The notes: generated by a model not told the origin, from the sequence alone. A stretch of DNA of 64,000 bases from Paragordius varius (GCA_964247055.1 OZ176052.1:1736001-1800000); one strand, 5' to 3'; positions 12,122-25,400 are shown, counted from the first letter of the stretch. Program-made: numbers and translations.

Positions 12122-15100
12122 TTATAATTTCGTACAAATCAAATTAGTTTCATTTCTTTGATCTTGAAATGCACCATAATTATTTGTCGCTTTATAGTAT
12201 AAATCTTCGATTGAATCGTAACAATTTTGTATATTATTCTCTTGTAAATTTTGATTCTTTTGTTTAATAGGGGAGCAGGAAATTTGATTTTTCTCAGTGC
12301 TTAACAAATCATTGTGGTTTTGATTTTCAACTTTTTTAATTTCATCAAACAGTGTGACATGTGCCAAAAGACGTCTAGAATTAAAATATTAATGCCATTT
12401 CACATAATAAAATCTATGGTAAAATTTTGTTTAGAAAAGTGTAAGCTTAATTATTTTTAACTCTAAACAATGTAACAATTTTTTTTCCAATCAAGCGGAA
12501 GGAAAAATTCATTAAAGCATCGAAGCAAAGTGCCAGAATTTTGAGATTAGATTGAAAAAAAAATAAATTAAATTCACCGCATCTGAACTTCCATTTACTT
12601 TTCTATTGGAAAGTTAATCAAAAGATGAAAGATAAGCCATAATATTAAAACTTTAAAATTACATTTTCTTTCAAAATGAGGTTATCATCTACATTTTATG
12701 TGTGTTAATTGTATATATTTCAAGATTAAAAATTAATAATATATTAAAATGCTTTAAGATTTGAATCTAAATAAATCCAATTAAAATTGTTAATTTTCAA
12801 CACACAAATATTTCTTTACTCAATTACCTTTCATTACTACGCTGATTATTTCGCAGGGTTGATAAGGTACTAATGGATAAAGTATCTAAAATTTGGTCAA
12901 TTTCTTGGATTGTGTCGCCTTCGTCCAAAATGCTTTGTAAGATATTGTGCGCAGATAATGCTTTTTGTTGAATGGTAACTGTGTAAATTTACACATTTAA
13001 TAAAAATACTTTAAGTAAAATCAAATTTTGAAATTTTCTCCGGCCTATTTTTATTCCTTAATAATTAATATCAAGAAATTATATTATCGAACGAATTTGG
13101 ATAGCTGTCCTAATCTATAAATTTATAAAGCGATACACAGAAAAATTAATTGTCTCCGCATGACTTTCACACGCAGCGCTAAAAAATTTTAAAATAGTTA
13201 TGTTTGACAACCTGATAAACGCGATTTTATGAAAATAGAAAATAATTTTTTGGCATACTATAATGAAAAATAGTTTCAAAAAGTTTGGACGTATGTCACA
13301 AAATCCGAAAAAAGAATTATTTTTATTTTAATACCTTGTATTAAAACGAAAAATAGCGTTTAAGTTTATGGTATCTTAGGTTAAATGTTATAAAATAAGA
13401 TTTTATTATTCATACTCTTTAATTGATGGGGAAAAGTCTCATGACAGATCACCATTTAAAATACCTTGACCAAATATAATAAAACGAAAATTTAAGTATA
13501 CCGATGAGGATAACTACATACCGTAATTTTTTCCGAAACCACTAATAATCGAATCGGATTTTATTAATAATTGGATTAGGCTCATTGTAAACTATTAAGT
13601 TAAAAGATACCATACTTTTTGGCGAAAATATTGACATTCTGACATATGAAAAAATATTACGGGTATACCTTACCAGGTGGTTTGCTTTTAAAACTTTTTA
13701 TTGATCTTGGTTAGTACGAAAATATTTTTTTAATTTGGTTGAATTACCTGGTAGTTTGGTGGTTCCATCATTTAGCTCAAGTTGGGAATCAGATCTGTCT
13801 TTTGACTCAGCTCCTCCACCACCATTTGGAAAAAGCATTGAATGATGCAGTAAAGATGGTCGTTTTGTGGTTACACTTGTAGAATAACCACTATATTTTA
13901 CATCCCCATTTTTACATGCACCATTTAAGTCATTTATATTAGTTTTATCATTGCAACTTTTGTCATTTAATTTGTTTAGAGATGACAAGTCCTCAGGCAC
14001 TTTGTAGCCATTTATTACAGTGTTGTTTTCAATAATAAAATTTTTATCCTTTTCACCAGAAACAGAATGTGTAGTAAGTGTATTGTAAATACCATTATGA
14101 TAAGTATTTGCCAAATTTTCTTGATAAAGTTTGTTAAGGTGTCCCATGGATGACATTGAGAAACGATTATGTTTGCCCAACGTTGTGTTTGATTGTGGGA
14201 AAAAATGTTTTTTAATGTGTTGAGAATGATATTTTTCATTACTCATATCATGGTCGTACATCATTGTCAACACATGGTTATTGTTTAAATCAGGTAAAAG
14301 ATTGTTGTCATTGCGGTGTAAAGACACGTTTTTACAATATTTTGGGGACGTAAAGGGGAGTTTGTGGTAAGAAGTCGACATAGCATTTAAACCATTTTGC
14401 ATTTGTATTGGATTCGTAAAATCATTGTCACCATTAATGATGCTAGTAGTATTATAGTTAAAATTTTGAGCATTAGAAGTATACTCATCGTTAAGTAAAG
14501 TTGTTGTGGTTGTTGAAATGGCATTCAAAGATCCCAGACAGCCGCCATTTATTTTTGGGCGACGATATAAACCCGAACTGGAAACAGTCGAATACCAATT
14601 TATTGGTTGGGTAACACGGCGGTTTTTGATGTGTCGCGGAGTCCCGTGGGTGCCTATGGAGCAATTTGTCGTAGAACAATAAGTTGACCTTATATCAGCA
14701 TCATCATCCTTGTACATATCAAATGAACAATGCTTGAATAGCGCGGATGATACTACAGGTCTAGCAGCACAATGTTGACGTCGTTCAGTATTGAAATATT
14801 CATAACTAAAAAATAATTATGCTATTAAAGATACATGCATATAAATACTCAAAAGTTTGACATTATATCTAAAATATTTGGGTTATTCTGATTAAATGCA
14901 GTTACAGCTCCAAAATAACGTGTGTCAAAAGAAAGTTAGATATGTTAAAATCATGCGAACCAATAAAATTAATCGTTTGAGATTAAATAAAATATAAAAT
15001 TTAAGATTTTGAATTTATCAAATATTTATCACATAAATCTGTATTGTTAAACGGTTACTGTTATTATATTAACCTAGTTAAAAACTTACTTGAATTAACT

Positions 15101-17668
15101 TAAATATTTATGCCATAAATTGTCCAAAAAATATTATAGTTTTTCGAATCAAAAAAATGTGAAACAAACTTTGGTATAAATATCCCATTTCCTTCATACA
15201 AACCGGGTGCTTTAATTAGAGGACAAGATTTAATATTATGTAATTGAGCAGGGGCCACACCATTTTCCCCTTGTCTTTCAACATCGTTTTTATCATTTTG
15301 ATCTTTGGGGGAACTACCCGATGGAGGCGTAAATAAATTGTTTGTGGACCTTCGTTTACGTGAGAGCGTTAAAAATGGTTTCGATATCGAAAATTTATCC
15401 ATAAGCCCTTGAAATGATGTTCGTTTACTACGTAACTTTGAATGCTCTAAATTTACACTGTTAAACTGTTTTTTGTGGGGTGCGTGAGATGCATCATTGG
15501 TGGACGATATGGATTCATACGCTAAGCTGGAAGAGGTGTCATTATTTTCAAAATGTGTATTCCCATTTATATTTGATAAAGTATTCGCTTCAGATATTTG
15601 TGCCATCTCATTGATGGCTTTATAGGTTGGCGGCGTTAAAACTTGTTGATAAGTAGTAGAGGCGTCTGGTGGGTATGTCCTTTTAAGCACATAATTTTGA
15701 TAATTTGTAGGCAGAGACGGTGGTGATGATGGAAGGAAATTACTTAGGTTTGGGTGACCATTTAACGTTACATTCACATTCACCTGACTATTGGTCCAAT
15801 TGGGTTCATTCTCAGACCCATTAACATTGAAATTCTTATTGCGTTTGGCAGGGGAATTATCCAACTCTTCCCTATAACGTGAAAAGTTGAGAGAGATTGG
15901 AAAACGTCGAGCTTTAATGCGTTTAGTTGCATCGCGTAAACTTTTATCCTTGAGTTTAGTTATTTTGGATCCTTCACTGCGGATCCTTTCAGCAATTTTG
16001 TAATCCAAATACTCGAGTGTTGTAAAATGTTCACCCAACGAAGCTAAATCAAGCGCCGTTTTAAATTCATTATCAAGGGCCCAAAGATTTGCCCCAAATG
16101 AAACGAGGAAAGAAACACAATTGAGATGTCCATTCAAGGCTGCGTGATGAATGGCGGTTTTCCCATCTTTGTCCGTTTTTTCAATGTCACCTCTAATTAC
16201 ATATAAAAAATGGGCAATTAAAATCTTTTTAAGTAATTTTATCAGAAAATATGAGTAATATATATATATATATATATATATTGGGATGTTATAGTGAACA
16301 AATTTTGGTATTGAATAACGCAGCTTTATAAATTAGAAAAATGGTGGTAAGTTATATTGCTTCTAAAAACATCTCTTAGAATTCAGTTATCAACAAATTT
16401 TTATTTAAGAATAATGGCTAAAAGGTCCAGATAGATACCATTAGCCCAAAATTGGAGAGTGAATCCAAATGTAATAAATAGATTTTTATAAAATTATAAA
16501 TAAGTAAGTTTTTATTTTAGGTTTCATCGCCCTGAATGCAAATCCGAATATTTTAAAAGTCGTGTTATATTAAAAATTCAATTACAAATTATTTACCAAT
16601 TATAAATAATGAGGCATCTCAAATAAATTTGAAAACTTTCCAATTTTAAAAATAATTATATACGATCCTTGAATTTAACATTGATATTTTACTTTTTCAA
16701 ATTAACGCATTTAGGTTGACAAAATAGGCAGAATATAATTAAGCTCAAAAGTTGACCTATAATTCATAATTCGGCCACTCTTTATATCCACTTATATTTT
16801 TTATAAACAAAACGTTTTTATGTTTTTTGCAAAACCTATAAGACACACTGACCTTAACAAATTTGTGCAAAAATAATAGAATTATTATTGTACCAAGAAT
16901 ATACATTTCCACACTATTTATTTATTAAGAGGAATTAATATTCGGCTGATAACTTCTGCAGTTATAATATTCTTTAACCTGTTCTAAATCAAAATCACCC
17001 AAAAATGGGAATTTTTCGCATATAATATCTGCCCAAGCGTCTTTTGCGTGTGATGTCCAAATCAAAATTGGACATTTTAAAGCAATTTTATAGACAATCA
17101 AATTTTAAATGTTAATTTATTAATACTACTATTATTCTGGATCAAATAAAAAATCTATAATGAGTTTTCACAAATTTTGCTTAAAAAGTATCCAAAAAAT
17201 GTGTATAAGTGTACATTTTAATGGTTATTACATAGTGATTTAAAATTAGTCGGGTGCAAATTAAGTAAACTAAATTGGGCAAGCGCATGTCAAAGTATTT
17301 TAGCCAAGTTAAAACATTAAAGATTGGATGTACAATTTAATTTTTTTACGTAAAGCCTTCAAAAAGTTTTTTCAAGTTTAAACAGTCAATAAATGAGAGA
17401 GTCATTTACGAAAAAAAATTAGGACCATATTTTAAACATTAAAGGATTAAAAAATTCTACTTTGACATACCATAAGTTATAATATATACCCTTTTCCAAC
17501 AATCATCCTTAGGGAACTGAGATGTCCTTTATGAGCTGCCCAATGTACAGGGCTCATTCCAAAATCATCGGGTAAATTAAGGTCTCTAATGTTGGCTCTT
17601 TTGATTAGTTCGACCATATCTTCACGAGCTGCTTTATGAAATATGGTATCGTTATCAGTTTTTGTCAT
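12122..17668 (-). CDS. USH1G: USH1G/Sans (ANKS4B family) ankyrin-repeat scaffold, ~887 aa
   Basis: Exons 17668-17490, 16192-15170, 14805-13748, 12978-12828, 12374-12122 (2664 nt, phase-consistent). The N-terminus FHKAARED..DDFGMSPVHWAAHKGHL..GHLNCVSFLVSFGANLWALDN..KLKDKSLRDATKRIK matches Sans; it ends in a class I PDZ-binding motif (-TKL*). Confidence 0.85.
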
Positions 17669-19881
17669 TTTTTAGGATAAAAGGAATTATTTTAAGATTG
17701 CAGTTTTGTGTAAAGTTTAATTATAATCCAAAATAAGTATCGTGGATATATGGACAAATATAGCACAGGGTGTGAAGATTTCAAAGCTAGAGCTATAGTT
17801 TAATCCGAAAGAATGGAAATGCCTGAATATACTTTTTCATCATCATAATTACACCCAATTTTTAAGGAGAATAAGCAAAATGATCTAAAAATCAATATTC
17901 TGTCTATATACGAAGAAATAATGTGTGAGTGTGGCATGTCCCAATTTAACAGAGATTGGAGCGAAAAAAGAATGTTTTGTGATATTACCTGTAATTATTT
18001 TTCAGGTTTATATATAAAAGGATAAGGGTGTATCGGAATACAATAATTTTTAAGGTGTTTAATATTTATTAACTGTAATTTAGGCATCGATATAGCAATT
18101 TAATCCGATAATGTTGGCAGATATTTAGAAATGTAAAATATATCCCGGATATTTGATTCAAACAGCTAATTAATTGCTTGCATATTCTGGGAGGAGAGGC
18201 AGGCGTATTAAATTATCAAAAAAGACGACATTTATTAAGTAAGTTAAGGAAATAAAATAAAATATACTAAATTCTCATGGAGTTAATAAAACTAAATGTG
18301 GATGAATAAATTATTATATATGTTTCTTCATATATTGATAAATTGATATTTCATTTTCTATGGTATTAAAATAAAATTATATTGATAGTTGATAATAATT
18401 TCGCTTTAAGTCTCTTCTCTGCTGTTGAAATGTGAAAAAAATGCATAAAAAATACATAAATATGAAGTATATAAATTTTATTATTATCTCTCACCTTTTC
18501 AGGTGTGCTGAAAAAAAGAAACAAATATTGTTTTGAAATAAATATTTATGTTAAAACATTTAGGCTTAGTGTTAAGTATATATATATATATATATAAATA
18601 TATGTGATATTATAATAAAAATTTAAAACAGAGCAATTAACACATATTTAGATTGATTGATATAATTAACAGTTTTAGGCATAGTAAAAAAAACTTAAAC
18701 TGTTTTATAATTGAATGATTAATTGACATTATTCGTTTAAATAATTATTATTTAAATATGATCAATAACTGAAACATATATATAAGGCATAATAATATTC
18801 CTAATTAATAATAAACTTAAAAATGGGTGTTTAATTAATTCATGGTTAGTAAATAAATTAAAGTTGAAATTTTTTGTTGCAAATAATAAAACACTATGTA
18901 CTTTATGAAAAAAAATCGATACACCTATAATTACTTAACTAAAGTATGTGAAACAAAAGAAAAACAATAAAAGTTAGACCATTTAGTTTTACCTGTATAT
19001 TTATAACATGTACGCAACAAAATAAGTGGTTTACCTTATTTATTTTGTAAACCCCTTTGTATAGCAAAAAGGCTTAATACCTTTAGCAATTTATATATCA
19101 AATTTATAAATATGGTAATAAATACAGCGGAAATTCAGTAGAAGTCATTTTTTATTTTATTGTAAGTAAGTTTAAAAGTTAAGGACAGTTTGTAGTAATG
19201 ACTTTACTTTTGAAAAAAATTGAGTTAAGATTCTAAATATTAATAATAATTGACACAAAGTTATGGCAATCACGTTTAATATTATATGTGTTAGTATAGA
19301 AAGTTTAACAATTTTTTTTTAAAAAAATTTAAAGCGTTAAAAGGTGACATACGTTATATGTTATATATATGAGAATTAAACAAATTATTTCATATAAAAC
19401 AAACTTGAATAGATATTAAGGCAACATCGGTTTATATATTAGATAATATAATATAAAAAATCCTCTTTTAATTTCATTTGATATATGTGTAATAAGTAAT
19501 ATACCTAATTTAGCTAACAAGGCTAAAATTAATTGGTTTGCCATGTGTAATCAATTTTACAAAAAATTTGTTTGTCTATATCATAAAAAATATAATTTAT
19601 TAGTTTATTTATATTAATTGATTGATTGGAAAGAAACATATTTTTAATCATAAAGCGAAAATCGAAAATCGGCGCAACTCAATTAACACCGCGCGGTGCG
19701 CCTACTTACCTTTCAACCTTTTGTGTTATACAAAATAAACATGTCTGTTTTTAAAAAGTATTTTTGTTAAAAATTTAATTGCTTTTAGATAAAAAATAAT
19801 TTTACGATTACCGGTTAGCAGAAAATAGACTCCAGGGACAAAGTTGGAATGATTAATATCTAAAATTTAGAGAGCAATATA

Positions 19882-20063
19882 CAGTAGCGTATGCAGTAAA
19901 AGATTGTTAGTGCAAAATAATCTTAATGAACACAAAACAGGGGGACAATTTTCATATATTAATTATCATTCAGTCCTATTATTAAACATATCCATAATTT
20001 CCCCCTGTTTTGTGTTCATTAAGATTATTTTGCACTAACAATCTTTTACTGCATACGCTACTG
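19882..20063. mobile_element. Tc1/mariner-type MITE with perfect 64-bp TIRs
   Basis: TA|CAGT...ACTG|TA; arms 19882-19945 and 20000-20063 are exact reverse complements; 54-bp spacer. Confidence 0.88.
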
Positions 20064-20279
20064 TATATGCATATAGTAAGAATTTTTAAGTTTGTATGTT
20101 TTGGGAGAATGAATTAATTTTAGAATATTTACATTAAAATTTTTTAAATTATTTTAAAAGATATGGATGTAATTTTTACATAAAGGTATACAAAGCATGT
20201 TAAACAAAATAATCTCTGTATATAATACATATAATGTAGATGTAAAATGTTAGCTTTTCGGAAAACGTGTAAATCCATA

Positions 20280-20800
20280 GATGGATGGAATTGACAAATT
20301 GGGGAATCTAATTACCCCAGACAATATTTATGTTGAAATTTTTATTCAAAACTACTGAAAGAACTGGTATATCAATATAATTTTATGCTTCTATCCTATA
20401 TTAAATTATATAAATCAGCCAAAATATCTAAATTAGTTTGGAAAAAAGGTTTCGTAATTACTTGAGCGCCATTTTTATTTTACAAATTTTTGCAAAATAT
20501 CGTGTTTATTTGATACTAAGCCTAAAATTTAGTTTACTTTTTTATCATATTTAACATTGATAAAAAAGAAAACGTGGTATATTTTCCATTATTTTTATGA
20601 GCTTATGCACACATGTGATGTTGGCTAAATTCCTTGGATATCACGTATTTTTTATAATTTTTGTTATTTCGGTTCATAAATGTTATAGTGCAATTTTGCC
20701 ATCAATTTATTTTATATTTATTTAAACAAGCCTGGGGATCTAACTAACCCAATTTGAATCGAAGGACTGAAATGAATTTGTTTATCCAAGTATTATATGT
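20280..20800. mobile_element. Degenerate copy of piggyBac-like MITE family B
   Basis: Collinear in reverse orientation with 50462-51025; a terminal fragment also lies at about 26330-26400. Confidence 0.65.
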
Positions 20801-20829
20801 GATTTTTAGTTTTTGAGTTCTGCCAGAGT

Positions 20830-21900
20830 TTCATTGGTTTTGTTAGAATATTCTCCATACACCTTATTCTTCATCGGCGCCACTTTAACGTATACCACTA
20901 ACTTTTTCTAATGCCAAGAACCTTTTTCAATGAACTATTATATTTTATAATGTAGCCAAAGTAGGATGCTTGGTACGGATGGACATTCCAACCTATTTAA
21001 AATTGTGTTGATTAGTTATATTGCCCGTCCATTATGTTTGAAGGAGCTTTCTTTTCACCCAGATTTCAAATGAATTTGGTATCCGTTCGTCGGATTTTTT
21101 TAGGGTCCATCCTTCACAACCGTAAATTAAAGTTGGAAAAATAATTACCGCAATCCGATTTTAACTGCTATCATGGGATGTCCAAATTTTATTATAATTA
21201 CCTGTGTGCGTAGTGATTCTACGTATAGAGTAAAATTATTCGTCTCGTATTAAATTTCCATATGTGTAGTTTTTACTATTTTGATATACTAAAGCGTTGA
21301 CAACTTTTGGGTTAATTTATTTTTGAAAGATTGATTTGTAGCTCATATTTTTGACACTCATCTTCAAAATGTTGTTGCAGTGATAGCGATAATGAGCTTG
21401 GGTCGTCTGCAAAACAGAGGCGTAGCTAGGGCGGGGACTGATCACCGGGCGCCATAGTTGAATTAACGTCGGATTTTAATTTTTTTTAATTCCATTTCAA
21501 ATAAATTGGTATTTAAAAGTTATTATTTTAAAGAATACATGAAAATCACCCATTTATGAGTACGATTTGAATTCGATTAATAAAATGCAAGGGGTTGCAT
21601 AGAGAGGGAAAGGGGCTCCAGAAATGCAAGCCACGACTCTGTTGAAAAAATAACCGTATCGTCGGCATAATGAATAGAAGTTAAAGCATAACTACCTACG
21701 TGTATGCCGAATGTGTCGGTTAGCAGAATAGGCTATTACAAAGTGGAATTTCATTTATAAATGCGCCACTGGGGCCGATTTTTGACTAAGTCCCTCAATA
21801 AAGCCCACCTAAGAAAAATGTTTTTGAAAAAGACTGACAAGCTGGTGTCTTTGAGACAATTAGATACATGTTGGCGCATTAAATTTAATTAATGAATTGA
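20830..21900 (-). pseudogene. RTE-clade non-LTR retrotransposon relic (RT domain and C-terminal region)
   Basis: Minus-strand fragments KIGP..FINEI, IHYADDTVIF / ADDPSS..KYELQINLSK, IFPTLIYGCEGWTLKKSDERI..FEIW..RKLL, YFGYI; contains stops and frameshifts. Confidence 0.8.
21415..21641. mobile_element. hAT-type MITE inserted in the RTE relic
   Basis: TIRs CAGAGGCGTAGCT / AGCCACGACTCTG (11/13 match); 8-bp TSD CTGCAAAA / TTGAAAAA (6/8). Removing it with one TSD restores the RT reading frame. Confidence 0.8.
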
Positions 21901-23217
21901 GTTATTCGCCGAATATAATCGGTCTACATTTATAAACCATACCTGTATTTAGCCACTCCTCAAGAAAAATAGCATTTTTTTCAAAACTAAATCCCAATAT
22001 ATAATTTTTTAAGGCAAACATTCGCCGAAGTTATGAGACTATTGGTTTTAATTATTCCCCCATAATTTTAGGAATGTACTTCATCCACTGAGTAGGGCTT
22101 CCCATTCAGTAGAATGCCCAACATATAAAAAACGTGGCTATGCAGCAAATAATTGCGACCATAAAGATTCAATAGAGTTTTAGTTATCTATTTCAGAATA
22201 AAAATAATTATTAGCTAAACATTTTTTTAAAAGCCGATGATTGGTGCTCCATCTTCTGAAAACACCATTAAATACTACCGTCACTTTGAATCCAATTTTT
22301 GAATATAGGAGATCATGAAGACTCAATAAGAATTGCAGCTATATCCAATACAAATATAAAAATTTTATTTTTCTTAAATAAACCCCTGGTAAGATCTCTA
22401 GCCTCTGAAAATACGCCAATGTCATATAATATCGTGGCTTTAAAGCGAACTTCGGCCTAAGTTGTGAAGCTATTAAAAATTAATAATGGTTTTAGATTAT
22501 CCATAAATAAAGTAGGAAAAATTTAAGCCTCTTATGTTAATCCCTTGGTAGGTGGTCCCACTTTATATCAAATGACCATATAAAACGACGTGGCTTTGAA
22601 GCAACCTTTCGGAAAAGCTATAAAATACCTTTAAGATTCAATAAAATTACAAAAATAAAAGGGCTTGGAAAAAATTTTCAAATTTGTCAGACCTAAAAAA
22701 TTAATTAAAATATGAATCCCAAGAAAGCAGTTATGAGTTTACACGGAGAGGGTTATAGCGTGGGGTAAAAATTTTTTTGATTGTACTGTCTTTTTTGGTT
22801 TTAGGATTATGTTTGCTTTTTGAGGGGTGCATATTAAAATAAGATTGCGCCACTGGTAAAGTTCGTATTTTGCTTTATTATATTTAGCTAATGCCAACAT
22901 GTCATATTCAGTGGCGTACCGAGCATTTGCAGCGCCCGGGGCATAAAACTCTTATGGCGCCCCCCCCCCCCCCCCCCTCGTCTCCTTAAAAGCCAATAAA
23001 ACAATTTAATATAAAAAAAACGTTGCAGCCTAAACACCATGGATAAGAGAGCATCTGAAACTAAATTTATTCATATTCAAATACATACATGTAAATATTC
23101 GAATATAAATTCTATAATATGGAAATGCACATTGATTTTTGTAGCATATATTGAATTGATTTTATATTGATTTTGTAGCATGTATTGCATTGATTTTATG
23201 ATAATGGCGAATAATAA

Positions 23218-24597
23218 ACTATGTATTTATAAAAATGGAAAATGCTGGCTTTGTGATCTGGTACAGGAAAACCGGTAGACCCAATCAAATCCAAATATCG
23301 AAAAAATATAATCATTAATAAATGTCCCGACAATAGCTTCGCCCTTTTTTTGAAATAGGCCCCCAGTTCGGGCCCACCCCGTATGAAAAACGGGTTTTTT
23401 TGAAAACACAAGTCCACAAAAATCGTGTCTTTGAGACAATTTTCTGGAGAACGTGTTGGACCATTCAATTTCAAATATAATTTTTGTTTACTTATTTTCG
23501 ATTGCGCCGAACATAGTCGAGTCACTTTTTTGATTTAGGCCCTCTTTTTACCGGCTACCCCCGTAAAATGCCATTTTTTTCAAAAAACAAAGTCCACAAA
23601 AATAATTTTCTAAATCGATTTTTCGCCCTAGGTATGAGATCGGAAAAATTCAATAAAGATTCCACGTATCCCCTGTTAAAGGACAAAAATTTTAGTCAAG
23701 CATTTCTATGATGATAGCTGCTGGGTAAGGCAGCTAAAAACTGATTTTTCATGTAAATTTGTGATCTGTTTCCGGAAAACCGGTAGACCCAACAAATCCA
23801 AATATCGAAAAAATATAATCATTAATAAATGTCCCGACAATAGCTTCGCTCTTTTTTTTGAAATAGGTCCCCAGTTCGGGCCCACCCCGTGTGAAAGATG
23901 GGTTAAGTCAATTTTTTGGAGAACGTGTTGGACCATTCAATTTCAAATATACTTATTTTTGATTGCGAACATAGTCGAGTCACTTTTTTGATTTAGGCCC
24001 TCTTTTTACCCGCTACCCCCGTAAAATGCCATTTTTTTCAAAAAACAAAGTCCACAAAAATAATTTTTTAAATCGATTTTTCGTCCTAGGTACGAGACCG
24101 TAAAAATTCAAAGATTCCACGTATTCCCTGTTAAAGGGCAAAAATTTTAGTCAAGCGTTTCCATGATGATAGCTGCTGGGTAAGGCAGCTAAAAACTGAT
24201 TTTTCATGTAAATTTGTGATCTGTTTCCGGAAAACCGGCAGACCCAATCAAATCCAAATATCGAAAAAATATAATCATTAAAAAATGTCCCGACAATAGC
24301 TTCGCCCTTTTTTTGAAATAGGCCCCCAGTTTGGGCCCACCCCGTATGAAAAACGGTTTTTTTTAAAAAACAGATATCCACAAAAATCGTGTCTTTGAGT
24401 CTATTTTCCAGAGAACGTGTTAGACCATTCAATTTCAAATATGATTTTTGTTTACTTATTTTCGATTGCGCCGAACATAGTCGTCTCGCTTTTTTAATTT
24501 AGTCCCACTTTTTAACCGCTCCCCCCGTAAAATGCCATTCCTTCCCCCCCAGAAGTCCGAAGGACTTCCTCGGGCTGCGTAGCGAGATTCACGCTAG
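23218..24597 (+). mobile_element. Non-autonomous Helitron H2 with ~3 tandem internal units
   Basis: 5' (T>A)CTATGTATTTATAAAAATGG; units recur at about 23269, 23778 and 24232; 3' GAAGTCC-GAA-GGACTTC hairpin plus GGGCTGCGTAGC, then CTAG (24594-24597) followed by T. Confidence 0.85.
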
Positions 24598-24799
24598 TGA
24601 ATAAATAAATTGTAAATCTAGGCAAGTTTTGCATACAGATTTTAACGGAATTGAATTTTATGGCATTTTATGTGCAATGAGATTTTACTACTTGGAAAGG
24701 AAAGAGGCAACTAAGAGGAAAATATTTATATAAAAAAAATTATCTGGCTTTTGATATGGCAAATTATCAATTATATCATTTAAATCTATCATATGAAAT

Positions 24800-25400
24800 T
24801 TTTCTTTTTTCACACTCAACTATGTTAAGTCATTCAAATAATCTTGACCCATTGTCAATCGCATAAATTAATTTTAATTTGCTGAATGACACATCTAGCG
24901 ACTGACGTTGAAATAGCCCTTAAATTGGGATACAAATCTTTGCCGTATGAAATTATAAAGATTATGAGTTCTAACGGAGTTTTAGGTTCGACATCTTTTT
25001 GACTTAGCAGCATCACATCACAAATTTTTATAAAAAGATCTGTTCCATTAAAATCTGTAAAGTAAAAATCGCCTATAGATTTACAAATATTTTTTAAATC
25101 ATTATTGTTATTGTTATTACGCGCAATAAATTTGATATCAAACAAAAATCCAAATTTAGAATTTACATCTCTTAGCCAGAATTAGAGCGATCAAAAAGTA
25201 GGCAACAAAAACAAAACGCAGATCTGTTTTTTGGTGAATATAAAAGCCAAGACCTCTCAACTTCAAATCCTTCCTTTTTACCGACACGTCGAAAAAAACA
25301 AGATTGGGGCATTAAACGATGGTTTTTGAAAGAAATGGCATTTTTTATCCTTGAGATGCACGAAAAAATCCTTTCTGTGCGAAGTTGATTAGATACGGTA
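24800..25400 (-). pseudogene. hAT (ZMYM1-like) transposase relic: TTF zinc finger joined to hATC dimerisation domain
   Basis: ERSWLLYSPKNRSAFCFCCLLF (TTF-type finger), then DFNGTDLF..TPLELIIFIISYGKDLYPNL and frameshifted SFSKLKLI..RLTMGQDYLNDL. Confidence 0.8.

Noticed and set aside
13674-13690. Possible 11-nt micro-exon in Sans after a TACTAAC branch-like motif
   Set aside because: Inclusion breaks phase with the next exon; direct joining of 13748 to 12978 keeps the frame.
18495-18507. 13-nt non-coding micro-exon and other donor-like sites upstream of Sans (to about 19710)
   Set aside because: Good splice signals, but no reading-frame test is possible for UTR exons; needs cDNA evidence.
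23218-24597. Tandem units as a CRISPR array or RNA-gene cluster
   Set aside because: Units are ~460-510 bp with no repeat-spacer structure, in a eukaryotic context; no tRNA/rRNA fold was recognised and Helitron termini explain the boundaries.
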